DNA of 64,000 nucleotides from an uncultured Acidobacteriota bacterium (lineage in GTDB: Bacteria; Acidobacteriota; Thermoanaerobaculia; UBA5066; Gp7-AA6). Made by a program: the position numbers and the translations under genes. A model generated the notes under the pieces. The model was not told the DNA's origin and ran no database searches. It saw only the letters and a program-made list of their open reading frames with translations. Numbering within the stretch: position 1 is the stretch's first letter; each line of letters opens with the position of its first letter. Below are positions 1-8,103 of the stretch, piece by piece. Location of the stretch: positions 1,116,706 through 1,180,705 of the forward strand of contig CAWGSA010000001.1 of assembly GCA_963825175.1 (NCBI GenBank). Reading direction: 5' to 3'.

Positions 1-504
1 CGTCGACCTCGAGATCGGCGGTGAACCGTCCTCCGGCGCTCTCGTACCGGTAGGCGCGGTCGCCCGTGCGGCGATAGAGCTGCTCGAGCGGCTCGAGCCG
101 GAAGCCGGGAAACCGCAGCCAGGCCGCGCGCACCGACGCCTCCGCTCCCACGGCGAGATTCAGGCGGCGGATCGGGAGGAGGTTCGTCGAAGGGCTGAAG
201 TTCAGGTCCAGATCGACGCAGCCGTCGACCTGCGGCTGATCCGCGCCGTTCAAACGCCACCGCCCGTCCGGAGACGACGCCAGCTCGACCGCGATCGTCT
301 CCGACCCGACCCAACCCTCGACCCGGGCCGAGAGGGAACGCCACCGCCCATCGCAGAGCACTTCGTAATCGAGCCGGCAGCTCTGCCCTTCCTGCGCGAA
401 GACCGCCGTGCCCCGGAGCCGCCACATTCCGTTCTCCGGATCGAGCCGGGCGGCCTCGTGGCCGAGGCGGTCGAGCCGCCGCCAGAGAATCACGCCGTCG
501 GTCA
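1..504 (-). CDS. putative glycolipid-binding domain protein; 3' end runs off the window
   Basis: Reverse-strand translation MTDGVILWRRLDRLGHEAARLDPENGMWRLRGTAVFAQEG...VDLDLNFSPSTNLLPIRRLNLAVGAEASVRAAWLRFP matches the conserved pattern of the Glycolipid_bind family as I remember it. ATG complement at 502-504 overlaps the TGA of the downstream gene (ATGA). Confidence 0.55.
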
Positions 505-942
505 TCGCGGCTCCTCGGCGTCCGGATCCGCTTGGCCGGGCCGCTCCCCGCGCGACGGCCGGACCTTGAGCACCCGCTCACGGCGGATCGCGACCGTTCC
601 CTCCGGCGCGCCGCGCGGCTTGGTCACGTCGCGGGCCCGCGTGCAGGAGACCGGCACCACGCCCGCCGCCCGCGCCTTGCTGTGGTAGGCCGCGATGGCC
701 GCGGCCCGCTCGAGCGTGGCGCGGTCCGGCTCCGCGCCGGACGGCCCCTGGAGAATCACGTGGCTGCCGGGGAGGCCGCGCACGTGAAACCACCAATCGC
801 CGGGCTGCGCGACTTCGAAGGTCAACCGCTCGTTGTCCGAGTCGGTGCGCCCGGCCCGGACGGTCCATCCTCCGGGCAGCGCGTACTCGAAGGCGCGCAC
901 GGGCCTGGACACGTCAGGCTCCCGCCAGGGCGCGGCGGGCAA
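502..942 (-). CDS. NFACT-R / DUF814 domain protein
   Basis: ORF track 146 aa. Motif WFHVRGLPGSHVIL is typical of DUF814 (the FbpA/Rqc2 C-terminal RNA-binding domain). Start uncertain; overlaps the upstream gene end by about 29 nt. Confidence 0.5.
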   Translation of the reverse strand: MPAAPWREPDVSRPVRAFEYALPGGWTVRAGRTDSDNERLTFEVAQPGDWWFHVRGLPGSHVILQGPSGAEPDRATLERAAAIAAYHSKARAAGVVPVSCTRARDVTKPRGAPEGTVAIRRERVLKVRPSRGERPGQADPDAEEPR

Positions 943-1447
943 AGCGGCCCAGCAAAGCCGCCGCTACGCACGGCATCCAGACCCAGAGGAGCTCGGAACG
1001 GACGATGTCCAGCCCGCGCCGGGAGAAGAAGCGGCCGACGCCGATGGGAGAAACGAGGATCACGCGCCAGGGAAGGAAGAATCGCGTGTTGGAGAACGGG
1101 CTCAAGAACGCCACGCCCAGCCCGCCGGTCGTCATCGCGTCGAGAAGGCCGTGCGACGCGGCGCTGACGAACACGAGGAGGAAGGCCGCGACCGGCCGCG
1201 CGCCCAGCCGTCCGGCGGCGGCCGCCGCCGCGATCGCGAGCAGGAACGCGAAGACGAGGGAGTGTGTGAAGCCGCGGTGGCCGAGGGGATCGCCGTAGGG
1301 GATGCCGGCGAAGTAGCCGAGCGCGTCCGCGTCGGGAAGCACGCTCGCGGCGCAGGCGGCCGCGACCAGCGCGGGAGGCGCCGCGCGCGGGCCCAGCGCG
1401 ACGGCCATCGCCAGCGGCACCGCGGGGTGCGAGAGGACCGAGGCCAT
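914..1447 (-). CDS. membrane-bound metal-dependent hydrolase (YdjM/DUF457-like)
   Basis: C-terminal 177 aa of the 245-aa ORF, from MASVLSHPAVPLAMAVALG... Hydrophobic segments with GHRGFTHSL and HGLLD motifs. Start codon CAT complement at 1445-1447. Confidence 0.5.
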   Translation of the reverse strand: MASVLSHPAVPLAMAVALGPRAAPPALVAAACAASVLPDADALGYFAGIPYGDPLGHRGFTHSLVFAFLLAIAAAAAAGRLGARPVAAFLLVFVSAASHGLLDAMTTGGLGVAFLSPFSNTRFFLPWRVILVSPIGVGRFFSRRGLDIVRSELLWVWMPCVAAALLGRFARRALAGA

Positions 1448-1474
1448 GACGCGCTCCAATCTCGAAACCGGTGG

Positions 1475-1540
1475 TTCAGTGGTTCGACTGTTCGGCGGTT
1501 CGACGGTCCGACGGTCCGACGGTTCGACGCTCCGAGGCAA
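1475..1540. repeat. tandem array of about 7 octamers GGTTCGAC / GGTCCGAC
   Basis: Sequence ggttcagtggttcgactgttcggcggttcgacggtccgacggtccgacggttcgacgctccgagg, read directly. Intergenic, about 125 nt upstream of the small peptide gene. Confidence 0.7.
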
Positions 1541-1665
1541 AGCCAAGATAGCCCGCCTCTTCAAGCCGCTCAACTCCGGGCGCCGAGCGCCGGGGCTACA
1601 ATTGCTCGATCCCCGCATTCCTGTTTTCCGATCGGCGACCGGCCGCAGCACCGGAGGTGAGCGTC

Positions 1666-1827
1666 ATGGCGACCAAACGCAAGAAGGCTTCGAAGAAGAA
1701 GGCCGTCAAGGCCTCGAAGGTCCGCGTCCGCGACCTCGACGCCCGCAAGGGAAAGGTCACCGGAGGCGGGATGATGGGAGGCTACAGCGGCGGCGGCTTC
1801 TCTGGCGTCATGAAGAAGCCGGTCTGA
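1666..1827 (+). CDS. 53-aa Lys-rich/Gly-rich peptide, candidate RiPP precursor
   Basis: Not in the ORF track because it is under 60 aa. ATG at 1666 is preceded by the SD GGAGGTGA at 1653-1660, and TGA is at 1825-1827. Translation: MATKRKKASKKKAVKASKVRVRDLDARKGKVTGGGMMGGYSGGGFSGVMKKPV. The next gene starts 17 nt downstream. Confidence 0.55.
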   Translation: MATKRKKASKKKAVKASKVRVRDLDARKGKVTGGGMMGGYSGGGFSGVMKKPV

Positions 1828-1843
1828 GCGGCTGGATCTCGAG

Positions 1844-3349
1844 ATGGCGAAGCGCGGCGCTTCGTCGGCGGCGGCAAGCATGGCGGCCGCGACGGACCCG
1901 GATTCCCTGGCGGACCTGGTGGTCCGCTCGCCGTTTCTCGTCCGGGTTCCGATCGATCGGCGCGAGACGGTCCTCTTCCACTCCTTGTGGGGAACGAGCC
2001 TGATTCTCAATCGGGAGGGGGAGGACCTCCTCGATCTCTTTCGAACGCCGGCGCGGCCAGCCTCGGTCCTGACGCGCGCGGCGCGGCGGCTGCTCGCGGA
2101 TACGCTGCGGACCCTGGTGGCCCGGCGATTCCTGGTGCCTCCGCACGCCGACGAGCGCGCGGACTTCATCCGCGCGATGCGCCCGAGCCGGCCCGCGTCC
2201 GGCGCCCACCTGCGCGGGCTGGTCCTGCTGGCCGCGGAGCAATGCAACCTGGCCTGTCCTTACTGCATCAAGGACAAGCTCATGGACCTGCGCTCGGGCC
2301 GCGCCCAGACGCGCATGTCGATCGAGACGGCACGCCGGGCCATCGACCAGTTCTTCGCCGTCGCCGACGGAAACGGGCGAGCCGGCGTGAGCCTCCAGTT
2401 CCGCGGAGGAGAGGCCCTCGTCAACGCCGACGTCGTTCTCCAGGCCGCGCGCTACGCGCGGTCTTTCCGGCCCCGCGGCGCTCTCGACATCTCGATGGTG
2501 ACCAACGCCACTCTCGCGACCGAGGCCGCTGCGGCCGAGATGGCGGAGCTCCAGATTTCCGCGGAGGTCAGCATCGACGGAACGCGGGCCGTCCACGACT
2601 CGATCCGATACACCAAGGCCGGCCAGCCCACGTTCGATGCGGTCATCGCCGGGCTCCGGCGCCTCCTTGCCGCGGGAGTCGCGGTCACCAACGTCAACGC
2701 CACGATGACCGTGGAGACTTTCCCGCGCGTCGGACTGCCGTTCCTCTCCCTGCTCGCTCGACTCGGCGTCCGGCTCCTGAACCTGGAGCCGGACGTTCTC
2801 GCCCCCGTGCACCCCGACCCGCGCGTCGTGACGCGCCGCCTGCTGGCGTTGCGCGAAAGGGGTCGAGCGCTGGGGATCGAGGTCGGCGGATGCTGGGCGC
2901 GACCGCTCAAGGCGATCGGCGAAGTCCGGCGAGGGGCCGGCCTTCCGCCGCCAGCCGACGATGTGCTGCTGGTGGTGGACGCGCTCGGCCAGGTCGTGCG
3001 GTGGGAATACAACCCGGAACGAGAGCTGGGACCGGTGGCGAACCTTCCCGCCGTCCTGGCTTCCCCTGCCTTTCGCCGGCACGTCCAATCGCGCACGCCG
3101 GGACAGATTCCGGAGTGCCGGGGCTGCGAAATCGAGGGTGTCTGTCAGGGCAACGCGAGCTTCGCGCTGCTCTATGAGAGAGCGACGGGCCGGTCCGGTC
3201 TCTTCGAGCACCGGTGCGCGATCCTCCGAGCCATGACGCGCGGCGCGCTGGCGGAACCAAACGATCTCCGGGCAGCGCCTCGCCGCCGCCCGCGCGATCA
3301 ACGCGCGGTGCCGCGCTCGCCGCCGGCCATCACAGGCGCCGGTACATGA
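1844..3349 (+). CDS. radical SAM/SPASM (or twitch) domain protein with N-terminal RRE-like extension; putative peptide maturase
   Basis: CNLACPYCIKD (CxxxCxxC) lies about 125 aa from the N-terminus. The N-terminal region VLFHSLWGTSLILNREGEDLLDLF resembles a PqqD-like RiPP recognition element. C-terminal Cys cluster CRGCEIEGVC ... HRC. Start could instead be M13 at 1880. Confidence 0.8.
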   Translation: MAKRGASSAAASMAAATDPDSLADLVVRSPFLVRVPIDRRETVLFHSLWGTSLILNREGEDLLDLFRTPARPASVLTRAARRLLADTLRTLVARRFLVPPHADERADFIRAMRPSRPASGAHLRGLVLLAAEQCNLACPYCIKDKLMDLRSGRAQTRMSIETARRAIDQFFAVADGNGRAGVSLQFRGGEALVNADVVLQAARYARSFRPRGALDISMVTNATLATEAAAAEMAELQISAEVSIDGTRAVHDSIRYTKAGQPTFDAVIAGLRRLLAAGVAVTNVNATMTVETFPRVGLPFLSLLARLGVRLLNLEPDVLAPVHPDPRVVTRRLLALRERGRALGIEVGGCWARPLKAIGEVRRGAGLPPPADDVLLVVDALGQVVRWEYNPERELGPVANLPAVLASPAFRRHVQSRTPGQIPECRGCEIEGVCQGNASFALLYERATGRSGLFEHRCAILRAMTRGALAEPNDLRAAPRRRPRDQRAVPRSPPAITGAGT

Positions 3350-3818
3350 TCAGCAGGTCGATCCGCCCGAGGCGGCCGTGGCGAAACCCCTCCGGGATGC
3401 GTCCCACGACCTCGAAGCCGTGTTTGCGCCACACGCGAATGGCCGCGGCGTTGGTTGCAACGACGGCGTTGAACTGCATGGCCTGATACCCCGCCGTGCG
3501 CGCGATCGCGAGCGAGTGCTCGCACATCGCGCCGGCGATGCCTCGGCCCCGGGCCTCCGGCGCGACCATGTACCCCGCATTGGCGACGTGCGCACCGAGG
3601 CCGGGCTGGTTCGGTTTGACGCAGTAGCAGCCCACCACCACGCCGCCGTCCTCGGCCACGAAGCACCGCGCGGGCGGCGTGGTCCACAGCTTCCGGGCCT
3701 CCTCCAGCGTCATGGCGGGATCGTACGTGTAGGTGTCCGCGGCGGCGATGACGGCGTGAAAGATCGGCCAGACCAGCCCGAACTCATCGGCCCCGATTTT
3801 GCGGATCTCCAGAGGCAT
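3330..3818 (-). CDS. GNAT family N-acetyltransferase
   Basis: 162 aa with typical GNAT motifs (VGCYCV..., ARGRGIAGAM, hGFEVVGR). Convergent with the rSAM gene, overlapping it by about 20 nt. Confidence 0.85.
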   Translation of the reverse strand: MPLEIRKIGADEFGLVWPIFHAVIAAADTYTYDPAMTLEEARKLWTTPPARCFVAEDGGVVVGCYCVKPNQPGLGAHVANAGYMVAPEARGRGIAGAMCEHSLAIARTAGYQAMQFNAVVATNAAAIRVWRKHGFEVVGRIPEGFRHGRLGRIDLLIMYRRL

Positions 3819-3833
3819 CGCGTCGCGCGAGAT

Positions 3834-4652
3834 CTATCGAACCTGCGCCTGGAAGAACTTCACGATCACCCGTGAGGCTCCCGCTGGAACGATATGGCCG
3901 CCGGGATGGACCAGCGCGATCACCGGTGTCCGGTTCGCCGACGTGTAGATCGTGCATCCCTGCCCGCAGGGCTTGCCCCGTTCTTCCGTCCGATCGAGGC
4001 GGCGCGCGACGGCGATGGTCGCTTCCTGGTCCGCGAACGGAACGAGGGGATCCTGCTTGCCCGCGATATGCAGGAGCGGCCTGGGCTGCGCAGGGTGGAC
4101 CGTGTTCCGAATCACCGCGGCGCACGGCGCCAACGCTGCGAAGACCTGCGGCCGCTCATCCCACAGCAGGTAGACGAAGAAGGCCCCATTGGAGAAGCCG
4201 GTGGCGTAGACGCGGCGATCGTCGACCCGATACTTGCGCTGGAGCGTCCGGAGCACCGCGTCGAAGAAGTGGACGTCCCGATCGCCGAGCTCCCCCGGGT
4301 CGCGCTGCCAGCCCGCCTGCAGTCCTTCGGGATCGACATCGGTCTTCGTCGGCAGCCCTTGCATGTAGACGATGAGCGCGTCGGGCCAGAGCTCCTGGAA
4401 TCGGAACCCGAGCGCCGCCCCGCGCGTGTTTCCGCCGTGGCCGTGAAATGCGAAGACCACGGGGATCTTCCCGGAGGCGTTCTCCTGCGATGCGGGAAAG
4501 ACGAGCGCCTCCCGCTGTGCGCCCTGGACCGTCCATCGCATCGTCACCGGCCCGGCGGCGGTGGCGTTGGAGACCGCGGCGCACGCGAGGAAGAACGCGA
4601 GGAGAACGATCGGCCGCCGGAAACGGCTTCTCCAGCCCGGCGACGTCCTCAA
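3834..4652 (-). CDS. secreted esterase, PHB depolymerase / LpqC family
   Basis: Signal peptide. HGHGGN, GFSNGA (the GxSxG nucleophile elbow) and HPGGH motifs. Confidence 0.7.
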   Translation of the reverse strand: MRTSPGWRSRFRRPIVLLAFFLACAAVSNATAAGPVTMRWTVQGAQREALVFPASQENASGKIPVVFAFHGHGGNTRGAALGFRFQELWPDALIVYMQGLPTKTDVDPEGLQAGWQRDPGELGDRDVHFFDAVLRTLQRKYRVDDRRVYATGFSNGAFFVYLLWDERPQVFAALAPCAAVIRNTVHPAQPRPLLHIAGKQDPLVPFADQEATIAVARRLDRTEERGKPCGQGCTIYTSANRTPVIALVHPGGHIVPAGASRVIVKFFQAQVR

Positions 4653-4656
4653 CGCC

Positions 4657-5166
4657 TCACTGCGCGCCGCCGGAAGGCTCGGCCAGCATGTACTGAAAGT
4701 CGTAGAAGTGTTTTCCGTCGGTGATCTGGATTGTCATCGCTCCGGCCAGGCCCGCGAGCTGGCCGGTGCCGGAGTCCGGCACCACGATGATGGTCAGATG
4801 CGGGTCGCCACGGTTCATCATGCCGTCGTGTTGAAGGACAAAAGTCCCGCTGCGTCCCTGAAGCTTGCCGGTGACTCGCTCCAGAGCCACGTAGCCGGCC
4901 GAGCCCTTGACCGCGGTCACCGCCGAGAGCATCTCGCCCTTGCTCACGCCTTCGAGGTCCCCGTGGAACTGCTTGTCGACCGACATCCTTCCCAGGGTCG
5001 CGCCCTCGGTCTTATCCTCGGGCACCTGAGGCACGAGCTTGACGTGGAACTCTCCTTTTGCGTGCATCGTTCCCGTTCCCTTCCGGCCGACCGGATTGTC
5101 CGGCGAGGCGGCCAGGCACACGAGCAAGGCGAGAAAGCCGCTTCCCAGCCGCGATCGCCCCGTCAT
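4657..5166 (-). CDS. DUF3224 domain protein
   Basis: 169 aa with signal/lipoprotein-like N-terminus. Pattern FHGDLEGVSKGEML...VLQHDGMM matches DUF3224 family members as I remember them. Confidence 0.55.
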   Translation of the reverse strand: MTGRSRLGSGFLALLVCLAASPDNPVGRKGTGTMHAKGEFHVKLVPQVPEDKTEGATLGRMSVDKQFHGDLEGVSKGEMLSAVTAVKGSAGYVALERVTGKLQGRSGTFVLQHDGMMNRGDPHLTIIVVPDSGTGQLAGLAGAMTIQITDGKHFYDFQYMLAEPSGGAQ

Positions 5167-5231
5167 GGCGGCGTCATATCACGACCCACGGCATCCCGAA
5201 CCGGGCCGGCGCACCGATCGGCGGGGGCCTC

Positions 5232-5261
5232 TTGACATGCAAGTATTTACTTGCATATTCT
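5232..5261 (+). promoter_or_regulatory. sigma70-like promoter with overlapping palindromic operator upstream of the ArsR gene
   Basis: TTGACA at 5232-5237. Palindrome TGCAAGTA-TT-TACTTGCA (5238-5255) directly abuts and overlaps a -10-like TATTCT (5256-5261). ATG at 5274 implies a near-leaderless transcript. Classic autoregulatory layout for ArsR/SmtB repressors. Confidence 0.5.
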
Positions 5262-5273
5262 TGCGAGCGTGAA

Positions 5274-5591
5274 ATGGACGACGTCTTCAAGGCTCTCGCC
5301 AGCCCCGCCCGACGGCGGCTGCTGGACGCCCTGCGCGCGCACAACGGACGGACGCTCGGGCAGCTTTGCACGCATCTGGCCATGACGCGTCAGGCCGTGA
5401 CCCAACACCTCGAGCGGCTGGAGAAGGCCAACCTCGTCGTGACCGTTCGCCGCGGACGCGAAAAGTTCCACTACCTGAACCCCGTTCCCATCCACGAGAT
5501 CTACGAACGCTGGATCCGCAAGTACGACAGGAAGCCCCTGGAGGCCCTGCGCGATCTGAAGAAACGCCTGGAAGGAGAGGACCGTGAATAA
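5274..5591 (+). CDS. ArsR/SmtB family transcriptional regulator
   Basis: MDDVFKALASPARRRLLDALRAHNGRTLGQLCTHLAMTRQAVTQHLERLEKANLV shows a winged helix-turn-helix. ATG verified at 5274-5276. Confidence 0.85.
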   Translation: MDDVFKALASPARRRLLDALRAHNGRTLGQLCTHLAMTRQAVTQHLERLEKANLVVTVRRGREKFHYLNPVPIHEIYERWIRKYDRKPLEALRDLKKRLEGEDRE

Positions 5592-6027
5592 GCCCGAGTT
5601 CGTGTACGTCACCTACATCACGACGACGCCGGAGAAGCTGTGGAACGCCTTGCTCGACCCCAAAGAGACCTTCCAGTACTGGCAGCACGAGAACGTTTCG
5701 GATTGGAAGCCCGGCTCGAGGTGGGAGCACCGGGCCTTCGACGAGAAGAGGACGCTCCGTCTGGTGGGCCGCGTCATCGAGAGCTCTCCTCCGAGGCGCC
5801 TGGTCCTGACCTGGGCGTACCCCAACGACACGGCTCCCGAGGACAAGCACTCCCGCGTCACCTTCGACATCGAGCCCGTCGGCGAGGTGGTGCGGTTGAC
5901 CGTGACCCACGAGAACTTCCAGCCGGGATCCGACATGCTCGACCGTATCCGCGAGGGATGGCCCAAGGTCCTCGCGAGCCTCAAGTCGCTGCTGGAGACG
6001 GGCCGGCCCCTTCCCAAGCTCTGGTAG
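5584..6027 (+). CDS. SRPBCC family protein (AHSA1/Aha1-like)
   Basis: 147 aa. GTG start overlaps the ArsR stop. ArsR followed by an SRPBCC protein is a common pair. Confidence 0.7.
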   Translation: MNKPEFVYVTYITTTPEKLWNALLDPKETFQYWQHENVSDWKPGSRWEHRAFDEKRTLRLVGRVIESSPPRRLVLTWAYPNDTAPEDKHSRVTFDIEPVGEVVRLTVTHENFQPGSDMLDRIREGWPKVLASLKSLLETGRPLPKLW

Positions 6028-6035
6028 AGAGAATG

Positions 6036-6113
6036 TGACGTGCGACGTTCTAAGTTCTACGTTCTACGTGTGGCGTTTCTACGTGCTCCCAACTTAGAAC
6101 GTCGCACCCGTCA
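6036..6113. terminator. about 21-bp inverted repeat spanning the spacer between convergent genes; putative bidirectional terminator
   Basis: The arm TGACGTGCGACGTTCTAAGTT at 6036-6056 is complementary to AACTTAGAACGTCGCACCCGTCA at 6091-6113 with a 2-nt bulge. The loop contains GTTCTACGT three times. The right arm includes the stop codon of the methyltransferase gene. Confidence 0.45.
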
Positions 6114-6734
6114 GACCGCCCTGGCCAGAAGGTAGCACCGTCGGCTCGGATACTCCGCGCCTTCGTACGGCTCGCGCTCCACGGACTCGAGGACGGCCAG
6201 AGAAGCCGATCGCAGCGCCGCCGCGACCTGGATCGGCAGGTGGAATCGAAAATCGAGCGAGACCGGCCGCCCGAAAAGGTCGTCGACGTGCACGGTCTCT
6301 TCGCCCACGTGGAACGCCGTCAGGACGGCGCCGCCGGGCGCGAGCGCCCGCCGCATGTGCGCGAACACGGAGGCGAGCTCGGACGGTGCGAAGTGCACGA
6401 TCGCATAGAAGGCCACGATCCCGGCCAGACTGGCGTCGGGCACGTCCAAGGCGCGCATGTCTGCGACCCGGAACTCCAGGCCTGGATTGAGCCGCCGCGC
6501 GCAACGGACCATTTCCGCAGACAGATCGATCCCGAACGCGTCGACTCCCCGCTCGTCGAGGTACCGCGCGACGTGACCGGGACCGCATCCGACGTCCGCC
6601 ACCCGGCCGCGGCCGCGAACCTCCTCGGCGTAACGGTCGAGGAGATGGCGGTCCAGAGGCTTGCGCTCGAGCTCCGTGAACAGGTGCTCGGCATAGGCCT
6701 CCGCGGCCGAGTCGTAGCTCTCCCGGACGTCCAC
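6111..6734 (-). CDS. class I SAM-dependent methyltransferase
   Basis: VADVGCGPGHVARYL (motif I, GxGxG) and LAPGGAVL motifs. Confidence 0.8.
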   Translation of the reverse strand: MDVRESYDSAAEAYAEHLFTELERKPLDRHLLDRYAEEVRGRGRVADVGCGPGHVARYLDERGVDAFGIDLSAEMVRCARRLNPGLEFRVADMRALDVPDASLAGIVAFYAIVHFAPSELASVFAHMRRALAPGGAVLTAFHVGEETVHVDDLFGRPVSLDFRFHLPIQVAAALRSASLAVLESVEREPYEGAEYPSRRCYLLARAV

Positions 6735-6737
6735 GGT

Positions 6738-7019
6738 TTACCGCCGCTCGATCAACGCGTCGAACTCGTTCAAGAGACCAAGCAGGCCCCGGGCCTCGGG
6801 CACCTGCTGGTGGTAATCGTACTGGCGCATCGCCATGAGCCCGACCTGGCTCTGCCCGGGAAGGGAGTGCGCGGCGACGGCCTCGCGGGCCCGGGGCAGA
6901 AAGACGCACTGGAGCCACAGCTCGAAACTGGGGGCATCCAGATAGCTCTGGATGCGGCCGTCGTCGATCTGCGCCAGCAGATCCGGCGGATTCGGATCCC
7001 ACCATTTGAGCCGCCGCAT
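6738..7019 (-). CDS. YqcC-like (DUF446) protein
   Basis: SFELWLQCVFLPR...LPGQ...LLGLLNEFDALI resembles E. coli YqcC (LEWLQWVLIPR...LPG...LAELEKLDALF), from my memory of that sequence. No alternative in-frame start exists upstream. Confidence 0.45.
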   Translation of the reverse strand: MRRLKWWDPNPPDLLAQIDDGRIQSYLDAPSFELWLQCVFLPRAREAVAAHSLPGQSQVGLMAMRQYDYHQQVPEARGLLGLLNEFDALIERR

Positions 7020-7141
7020 CTCCGCCTCGACCGCGTCGAGCTTCGCCGTGATCGAAGCCGTCCGGCTGGCCTCTCCCGCTCCGCCGGACTCATTGCCCGC
7101 GGTTCAAGACGATGGGGAGAGTCGAAGCCGCCAGGCACATC

Positions 7142-7717
7142 TCAGCGCGACAGAAGTTGAAACGCGACTCCCGCGGTGGCGCCCGCGAGCACGCCGGCGA
7201 CGGCCTCGCCGGTATTGTGGCGAGCCAGGGCCACGCGGGACCAGGCGACGAAACCCGAGACGGCCAGGAGAATCGTCATCGCCGCGATGTTGGGCAAGGC
7301 CAGCAACGCTGCGAACACGCCGAAGGCGGAGTGCAGGGAGACCTTGAGAAAGCGGCGCGCCGCGTGCGCGAAGATCACCAGAGCGGCCGCCGCCGCCATC
7401 CCGCCCGCGACCAGTCGCGGCCAGCCGAGCCACAACGCGGCGCCGACCGCGGCGAGAAGCAGGAGCGCCAGGAACGGGTTGAGCTGGCCTCGTTCGCGGG
7501 GAGCCGAGGCATCGACGTGCGACCAACGCCCCGACCGGACTTGGAGCCAGGAATACGCGAGGACGCAGAGCCCCAGACCGGCCGACGCGGCGACGGCCGG
7601 CCGGCGCACCGCCACAGATGCCCCCTTCGCGGACGCGCCCAACGCGACGGCGATGGGCAGGAGCACGGCCGGATGTCCGACCGTGGAGACAACACGGGCA
7701 AGACCAATTCGCGACAT
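7142..7717 (-). CDS. PAP2 family membrane phosphatase
   Basis: Polytopic membrane protein with SLHS and SRVALARHNTGE (SRx5Hx3[DE]) PAP2 signature motifs. Confidence 0.55.
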   Translation of the reverse strand: MSRIGLARVVSTVGHPAVLLPIAVALGASAKGASVAVRRPAVAASAGLGLCVLAYSWLQVRSGRWSHVDASAPRERGQLNPFLALLLLAAVGAALWLGWPRLVAGGMAAAAALVIFAHAARRFLKVSLHSAFGVFAALLALPNIAAMTILLAVSGFVAWSRVALARHNTGEAVAGVLAGATAGVAFQLLSR

Positions 7718-7775
7718 GCCGGCAGCTTTGAGCAGGCAACGCTATCGCACCACGAGGAACACATCACGGCCCGGT

Positions 7776-8093
7776 CTACCGTTTCTTCTTCGGTCTGGGC
7801 GGCAAGAGCGCTCCGGTCACGGCGGAGCCTGGAGACCTCCCTGTCCGAACCGTCCTTTCGCGATCTTCCAGAAGGCGCCGCTTCTTGACCGCGGCGAGCA
7901 TATCCCTGGCCACGAAATAGTCAGGCAGCGGCTTCGCGCCGATGGCCTCGACGGCCTTCAGCGCTGCCTCGGCACGCGTGATGTTCGGGTCGGCGGAGAG
8001 CAGATCGCGGATCACCGCCGACAACAATGCCCGGTCCTTTCGTCCGAAACCGTCCCGCGCCAGCGAACGGAACGCGCCCAAGAGCTCCCGCAT
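7776..8093 (-). CDS. hypothetical protein (about 105 aa)
   Basis: MRELLGAFRSLARDGFGRKDRALLSAVIRDLL..., starting at the internal ATG (complement 8091-8093). The longer track ORF runs into a repeat element and is rejected. Confidence 0.3.
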   Translation of the reverse strand: MRELLGAFRSLARDGFGRKDRALLSAVIRDLLSADPNITRAEAALKAVEAIGAKPLPDYFVARDMLAAVKKRRLLEDRERTVRTGRSPGSAVTGALLPPRPKKKR

Positions 8094-8103
8094 GGCCGCG
8101 GCG

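Noticed and set aside
1475-1540. tRNA gene, because GGTTCGA resembles a T-loop motif
   Set aside because: The motif is simply the repeat unit. No acceptor stem, anticodon arm or D-arm can be drawn. No tRNA or rRNA was recognised anywhere in the window.
3330-3818. GNAT acetyltransferase as part of the RiPP cassette
   Set aside because: It is convergent with the rSAM gene, on the opposite strand and overlapping its 3' end, so co-transcription is impossible. A functional link cannot be inferred from the sequence.
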